DNA of 58,704 bases, counting the filler, from Catajapyx aquilonaris (taxonomy: Eukaryota), in assembly GCA_000934665.2 (NCBI GenBank). It is 3 parts of 3 records of this genome, joined end to end, with 100 filler letters (N's around TTAATTAATTAA, not from the genome) between each part and the next. Parts side by side here need not be neighbours in the genome. Positions count along the whole stretch, not along the records: positions 39,199 to 58,704 come from KZ539541.1; 2 more parts are not named here. One strand, written 5' to 3'. Below the pieces are notes generated by a model. The model saw only the letters and a list, made by a program, of their open reading frames with translations. It was not told the DNA's origin and searched no databases. Shown in pieces: positions 51,405-58,704 of this stretch (its first letter is position 1; every line of letters begins with the position of its first letter). Position numbers and translations under genes: made by a program.

Positions 51405-52808
51405 AAGAGATAATCTATTACATTTATATAACTTATGTAGTAGTAGACATTGTACTGTGTGTAATGTGTATGCATTGTATTCCCATTTCATAAATACTTA
51501 CAATAGAGAATATTGTCCGAGGAATTGTTACATTATTTCTTTCGGAAATTCTACAGTATCAATTTTATACTTATCGTAGCCTACACAATAGTCATGGAGA
51601 TTCTGAGAATTTCTGTTGACTTGATGTGAAAAGGAGCTACTTCGGTTGCAATCAAAGGGTGCTGATGTCATTGTAATACTAATATCATAGATGACCTCGG
51701 AGATGACCTGGGAAGGATCGGAAAGAGTGAATTGGTTAGAAAATCCTTCACGTCATCGGAATTCAAAATGTCGCTGTGAAAAGGTTTGGAATATTCTCTA
51801 ACTCTTCCTCTCGAGGCGCAGGCAAGATCAACATGCACAAATTAGTTCAGAAAGCACGTTCTTAACCTTCAGGGTATAAATCATGAATCATTAAAAATTG
51901 CTACTGACTTTCACTTTTTCATTCATATTGTAATACAAAGCACTATTACATGTTAGATACGCAGTGAATGGAACAACAAACCTAGATTCCTGGAACTGAT
52001 CTCGTTACAGGTGATGACATTCATTAATATTAATTCATTCATTAATGATGCAAGGACGCTGGAATAATTTAGTGGTCTTATCGACGATCATCTGACAGGT
52101 GGACAGCAATCCACATTTTGAAGGCAGCACCTCACACACCTACAGTTCCGCATGACAGTCACGCTACTATTCCTCTCTAGTAAATGTCCACACCAGCATG
52201 ATGGCCACATGATGGGGCATAAAAGACCTTCAAATGGCACGGACATGACAGTACATCACTGTACAAGCCACGATATGTCTGAATAACTTTTTTGACATTT
52301 GAGAAGTAAAGAATCAAATTCTCAGCAAGTGAAATGTCATCCTTACTATTCAGAGCCACACGTGGATCACTCCTGCGCGATGGGTTGCATGACAATCAGG
52401 ATGAATGATTTCTCGTGTCAAACTGACCAAACAACCATCGAAAGCTTGGACAGACCATAAATAACAGCTGACAAGTAAGAGAGACACCTTCATGAGCATT
52501 ATTAATGTCACGTGTTTCCATAAGTAGTGCTACGTCTGAATCGGATCACGTTAGGTAGCCTAATGACCTCCCCGTCAATAGATTCGTCACCAGAATGTCA
52601 TTTATCCCCTTCACGATCCATTAGGGTACATTAAACCCATTAAACTGTGGATCAATACGTCATAATGTCCCAGCTCTGGATGTTAAACTCTTACGAACTT
52701 TGGAGGCACACGTGGCAGTTGCAGGGGATTCTCTTCTGTGTTTTTGGACGGAAGAGAAGTGTCAAATAGCGGTGACATACACGATCTGCCACTTGGATTG
52801 GGCAGGTA

Positions 52809-54349
52809 ATGTTCAGGGAAGTGTCGAATAGAGTGATTCAGATGGAGGAAGGGAAGGAGCCAGAAGAAGACAATGCATTTTGGGAAGTGTTGAGACCAGT
52901 GGCCATCTTGTCAGTGGTCGGAGGAATCGCTCCTTTTCCTTGGCCCAAGAAAGAGGAGGATTTGAAAGGGAAGTGGTACAGACGGTGGCCAACAATGGTT
53001 CACTTACTTTTACTTGTCACGTACGTAGCTGTACTCAGTGTTGATCCGTTGGATTACTGGACCAGTGCCAATGCAGATAGTCCGACGGGACATGTTACGG
53101 AACTAATTTTGAATGTCGTTACGCTAAGTGTCCCTTGGATTAATTTCATCCTTGCCCAAATGAAGGTCTCCAAGATTTGGAAACTGATCCTCCGCTTCTC
53201 AAATCAGGATGTGTCAAGTCATAAACGAAAGCTGCGGAAGTGTTCTGTGCTTTTAGTTGCATCTTGTTTTTTGTTTCCTTTGATAATTATTTCTTATCTA
53301 ATAATCAATAACGCACTTGAAGGGTTGTTACTTGAGCCGTACTCCTTGTTTTTAATATTCTTGTTTTGGCACTGTTATTTCTTACTGTTCGTCGTTCCTA
53401 CTCAGCTAATGTTCTTAGTTCTTGTTCACAGGTCTCGCCTACAGTACTTTAACCACAAAATTATACAAATATGTAATTCCCTCCTTATAAATACAACCTC
53501 CCACCAGTATAATGATGACACGGTTAGGGAAACTAGCCGTTTCTCTGACCTTTTTCATGAATTGTGCGCCATAGTTAACATTATGGACAATATTTATGGA
53601 ATATTCCTTATCAACACATTCTTAGCATTCGTCATTTGGATTACAAGTTCTCTCTTCTATTTACTTCTGTATCCAATTGGTACACCCCCCATTGTGTTGG
53701 TATTCCAATTCATTGGAATTTCCTCAATTGCATGTAGTGCTGGTGCACTCGCCAGTACTCTGGGATCCATTCACAGGCAGGTGAATATTGACGAGATCAT
53801 AATAATTATGATGTAGTACTTTCCGATGCAATATTGTTCAGCTGAGATTAACGACAATTAATTTGCATTGTGTGGTTAACACCTGTATTCCAGAGCACAA
53901 CGTCCTTACCCGACCTCATCAACGCGTATCGTCAGGTTATAAACCCTCGCATCAAAGCAAACGTAAGTTAATTAGCTTTCATGATATTTTATAGGCTACT
54001 TCTTAAGCACCAGACATTACGAGTCATTAAGAGAAACCCCATTTTCTGGAGCATCATTTCCGTTCAGATGAAGTCACTGATCAGGAGGATGATGGGTCCT
54101 CCCATGGAGATAACTGCTGCCAACTATTTCACAATCAATCGAAGTCTATTGACCTCTGTGAGTTGGGCTTCACATGTGTTTGTTGCCATCAGTGTTTCAA
54201 TATGTCATGTTTCGTTCACTTTCCAGATAACAGGTGCTGTGACCACATATCTTATAGTCCTGGCACAATTCAAAGGATCTGAACAATATGAAATATGGAA
54301 TAACGCAACAGACTTAGTGATTGCATCGACTACAACTGAGGGAACATGA
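52809..54349 (+). CDS. Gustatory receptor (7TM chemoreceptor), ~417 aa
   Basis: Exons 52809-53780, 53894-53962, 54068-54157 and 54227-54349: a long first exon plus three phase-0 C-terminal introns. ITAANYFTINRSLL and the TTYLIVLAQF (TYhhhhhQF) signature. Confidence 0.93.
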
Positions 54350-55689
54350 GTTAATTGCAAAATACTGTATACATGCTAATTTTGAGTCTCAAAAGTCTGC
54401 ATGTCATTCTCCATAACGAACTACGCCTATATTAAAAATGTCTTCACATTATTAATAATAACAATTATAGCAGTTACCGTGCTCTAGAGACCAAATCGTT
54501 CCTGGGCAAAAATTATCCTCTATAGTGCCATTCAATAGGTTATTGAACACCTCCTGTACAATATCATGATGCATCGCATCGATTCCTAAGTAGAGTTCCA
54601 CTCACATTGTCAGTTTTGACGGGTCACGCAATCATATATACAGGGTTTCATTGAACCGAGCAGTCAGACCTGTACCCGTGGCTTAATTGTCATCAGAGTA
54701 TCATTACTTTTGTTATGATGTTATGCTAATCATTGTAAATATATTGTGAAATAAATTACTGGGCTATAAAATGTGTTGTTGGCAACATGGCAGCTGTTCA
54801 TTGCAAGTTTGCAACTTATATTGCAAATGAGGGGTCTGAGATAAAAAAATTCGGTACTGCTGCATCATGGGGTACATCCAGGAAAAATTGAAGCAACACA
54901 GAAGTACTGTATTACAATAATATTGCAAATACAGTAGCATGAGCCTGACACCATGGCCTTGTGGACATAAATTAAGCATTGCAACTGACACTGAGTCTAA
55001 CATTATGCTGCAAAAATTCTTGTGAGACGTTTATGTGGCCCAATAACGCAACATATGGCCGTAAGTGTCATGGAAATATAATGCCAGTTAGGATTGCCCA
55101 ATAAGATATCTGCTGCTGATAAATAAACAAGCGTCTCATGGGACTATGGGAGCAATATGGGAGCATTCTTATCTGGCACTCCCACATGGCACTTCATTTT
55201 CATGCTGCAAAAGCATATGGCCCTTGTATGGCTCCTTGTATTTGAAAATAAACTCAGCCTATTGTTAACTTGACACTGGACAGAAATTGTGGTCGTACGC
55301 AGTACATACCTCAAAGTGAAGGACCAGGGCGGCAGCCGCAGGATCTGATTCTGGTGTGCCTTAAAAGATATGGATTGCTATAGCCCACATATATAGTTGT
55401 ACTGTCAATCCCCCCATAGAGGGTGTCTCAACTTTTTTGTCTGAACAGTTATTAGAAATATTGCACTAAGCTGCTATTTTGTAAGCAGTGTATGCCACTT
55501 CACCTGAAGATTCGCAGGTAATATTCCCCATTCCTCCAGCAAACCAGTTGCAAGTCACTGCTTACAAAGTAGCAGCTTATAGTGCAATATTTCTGATAAC
55601 TGTTCGGACAAAAAATTGAGACACCCAGTATACTTGTACTGTCAATAACTTGCACATTGGCAAATATGCTGTACATACCGACTTGTAAT

Positions 55690-56145
55690 GGGCCATCATC
55701 ATCAAATGAATTTTCCTGCGATGCCCCTGCCTGGCCTATCATGCCTAAAATCTCTGAAGAGACGGTACTCGTAGCCTTCGAGAAGGTATGCAACGAGGTG
55801 GTACTCACTCGACTGTCAAGTGTACACCAGAGTACCAAATTCAAGGAGTACCAAGAAGTACCTGGGAGTACCTAAGGAGTACCTATAAGGAGTACCGAAT
55901 AGTACCAAAGAGTACCACTGCAGGAGTACACCGGAGTACCGAAGTGAGTACCCACCAGTTAGGTACAACTCCCTCTTGTCTGCAGCGGACTGCTTCTTAC
56001 CTTTTCTTTTTTTTTTCCAGGCATTCATATGCAGACCTGCGCTGCTTCCAGGTCCTCTTGAGTTGAACTCCCCTTCTACCTTTCTCCATGTGTCTTCCTT
56101 CATTCTGTTATTAACAGCATCAGTCATCTTGTTTTCCAGCATCGA
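55690..56145 (-). mobile_element. Myb/SANT-like DNA-binding ORF relic (PIF/Harbinger ORF2-type), interrupted by a GAGTAC element
   Basis: LENKMTDAVNNRMKEDTWRKVEGEFN...KRELYLTGG, then the insertion, then EILGMIG...ENSFDDDG. Confidence 0.6.
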
Positions 56146-57354
56146 ACGGTGGTCACTTCCTTATAGAGTTCCAGGCCCTAACAAGCTGTGCGGAGTGACA
56201 GACAACCCACGTGGACAACCTGTGCCTAGCACCGAACACTGGGCAGCGCCATCTTGTTCTGACGTCACGCTTATGACGTCCTCGACTAGCGGCCAATTCG
56301 TGAACTCGTAGCATCAGCGGGAATTATGAATGTTTCCCAGCTCAACTTTTCCACTACTTTTTCGAGAGCGGGTGCAACTCAGTGGAACTCCCTGTTGTCC
56401 AGATGTCATGATTGTGTTGGCACCATAAGATGATGTCACTCATACTACTTATTTTTGTGTTTGTAAAATAAGTTCCAGATGTGACAATTTTTTATTCACC
56501 TTAATCATGATGGTAATCGTAGCCACGCCATTAGTCTACCATCTGCGCCACCACTAAGCCTGGATGACCGTGTGAGTTCACAGAAAAACCACGGTCAGCC
56601 CCGGGAATAGAACCCGCAGGACACATCCCGATTAGCAGTCGGACGCTAACCACTCCATCGACCTGCTTCGGTTGACTGTTCGGCAGATAAGGATATGAGG
56701 TAGATGTTTTCTTAATGAATATCTGCCAAAGCAAGAACAGAAGGGCTTTTCTTTGCAGCTTCTGGCTGTTTGAAGTGTTTATTTGCCTACAATGTGCAGC
56801 ACTCCCGATTATTCAGGTACGGATCCGTGCATCGTGAAAAAATTAAATTAATAATTACAGGCCAACTAAATGTCAATATATCTCGCTGAATATGACATAA
56901 TTTTCCTACAAGACAAAATAAAAATGTATGGTCAGTTTTATTATTTTAATTAACCTTAGGGAAATCAGCGTACACTACGTAGAGTTCATTAAAGACCCGT
57001 GAATAGCTGATGTACCTAGGACCATTTTCTGATTACCCTTGATTTCCGATTATCCGGCGACACTTGTGGATTCATTAGCCAGGACAATATGTATTGGGAT
57101 GGCAGTGTATTTCATTTTTGTTAATTTTCTTCTTTTCATGTCCGAGGTATCAAGCGAATAAGCAATGCAGAAATTGTTTAAAATATTGTATTTTGGAGAC
57201 TGTTTATTCTTAATGGATACATAAAAATTCAATTTTCCCAGCTTCAAAATGTGGAACTTTCAGCATTTATCATTTCCACTCTTCATATGTTTTGTGAAAT
57301 TCGTAAAGGTACATAATTTCACTGGCGTATGCTGTTAGTAATCCGCAGTGCATT

Positions 57355-58704
57355 TTAAAGATATTTCACACGTATAATTTCTCCCATGAACAAGATAATT
57401 CCACAAACCCAACAACATGTGGCCAGAAAACAGATAATTCCCTTCATTTGGTCAAAATTCAAAGCCATTGATTGCTGGTACGATATGTCCAGCTTCCTTG
57501 CATCTCTAAGGCCCAACAATAAACAGGTGTACTCCAAGTACTTGTCATATTTGTCCATCAGACCTGAGTCGATGTAATAAACTGCCATTCGGTCAATAAT
57601 TGGACCCAGCTTGCTGTGTTTGTCCAATATATATCCAACGAACAATAATAAACCAGCATGATTACGTACGACCACTGGAATATTTCCCGCTTTGTCGATG
57701 TATTGCGCCCCGATTGCGAGCAATATATCCGATGGAGCTATGCAGGCAAAATTCTCGTCTATTGATTTGCGAACACATGTACTGAAGTCGGGTTGATCGT
57801 TCATGCCCCGAGATAAGTGTTTATAATATTCCACATCGTCATCTGAGAAAACAGCGTCAATATATTGCTTACAAAGGTCAAATGTTCCCCATTCCCAGTA
57901 TCTACGCCTATTGCCGAGTTCTTGATATGAGTCTGGCAAATCCTCCTGAACTGGAGACGCCAAGAAGCCAAAGTACAAGGCTTCGTATCCGATGATGATG
58001 ACCAGGGAATAGATCCACCAGAAGGAGATGAAGAGTCTGGAGGGGTCACCTCGGGGGATGGTGTTGGGGTTTTCCTCGATCAGGGTGGAAAACAGGTATC
58101 TGGCCGAGTAGAGGAAGAGGGAATAGGACGGACCCTTGTCTGGAAAAGGGTTGCGGAAAGTGCTCTCTATTCTTAGCAGGGCGAAGAGGACAAAGCTGCA
58201 CATTAGAGTGGCCAACAATATCAAAACCCACATTTCAGGAGTGTAAGGCATCAATGCGGAATACCACGAGTAACTGGGCCTCGATGTCCTGGTAGAAAAG
58301 GTTATCTGCATATAATAAAGTGGCATAATTACGTTTACAACAGGGCTATGTAATGCTATTGCAGTGATTCCTATCTCGGCCTCTCTCCGAATGATGTCAC
58401 CTGTTGGACCAGAATAATTGCCGTCTGGCAACAAAATATCCGGTATTTCACCGTCATCTAGTTGCGTTGCTTCAAGATGCCAATCAAAATTTAGTACATC
58501 ACTTACCACAAGTAGGAAGATAAAAACCCCAAACATTGGCACTGAATTATCCACCATGAATCGCAGCTCTTCCTTGTCCAGATCAAACGGGGCCGTCGCA
58601 TTAATTGTCTTACCGTGCAGATTCGTGGAATAATCAATGAACAATTCGGGTATTTTACTACCCTGCTTGTACTGAGCGACATGCACCACTTTTGGCCCAC
58701 CGTG
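57355..58704 (-). CDS. Divergent ionotropic receptor, 5'-truncated by window end
   Basis: Open frame colinear with the 49449 IR from KVVH through TM3 to a stop at 57355; no introns in the visible part. Confidence 0.92.
   Translation of the reverse strand, partial: HGGPKVVHVAQYKQGSKIPELFIDYSTNLHGKTINATAPFDLDKEELRFMVDNSVPMFGVFIFLLVVSDVLNFDWHLEATQLDDGEIPDILLPDGNYSGPTGDIIRREAEIGITAIALHSPVVNVIMPLYYMQITFSTRTSRPSYSWYSALMPYTPEMWVLILLATLMCSFVLFALLRIESTFRNPFPDKGPSYSLFLYSARYLFSTLIEENPNTIPRGDPSRLFISFWWIYSLVIIIGYEALYFGFLASPVQEDLPDSYQELGNRRRYWEWGTFDLCKQYIDAVFSDDDVEYYKHLSRGMNDQPDFSTCVRKSIDENFACIAPSDILLAIGAQYIDKAGNIPVVVRNHAGLLLFVGYILDKHSKLGPIIDRMAVYYIDSGLMDKYDKYLEYTCLLLGLRDARKLDISYQQSMALNFDQMKGIICFLATCCWVCGIILFMGEIIRVKYL

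Overview
Eukaryotic (arthropod-like, most plausibly pancrustacean) genomic DNA. It is three unlinked ~19.5-kb contigs joined by artificial 100-bp spacers (N44-TTAATTAATTAA-N44 at 19536-19635 and 39099-39198). Shared transposon families indicate one genome. Contig 1 (1-19535) holds the last three coding exons of alpha-1,6-fucosyltransferase (FUT8, minus strand), a frameshifted C2H2 zinc-finger relic and many MITEs. Contig 2 (19636-39098) holds the 5' part of Sec24C/D, a divergent Tret1/SLC2A8-like sugar transporter and a 2-exon divergent ionotropic receptor (IR). It also holds a small stem-loop-type histone cluster (H2A-H2B-H3-[relic]-H2B-H2A-H3) with no H4 or H1 visible, in which every gene is non-canonical. 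Contig 3 (39199-58704) holds Helitron/MITE debris, an IR pseudogene, an intact intronless IR, a 4-exon gustatory receptor and a 5'-truncated IR. Two observations stand out. First, an intact, promoter- and stem-loop-bearing H3 variant carries K27T, S10R, R8P and K79R, and sits next to an H3 carrying S28A. Second, a ~190-bp TM1-pore-TM2 block is nucleotide-identical in three IR paralogues whose ligand-binding lobes are clearly diverged. All calls come from reading the sequence by eye; no database search or alignment was run.
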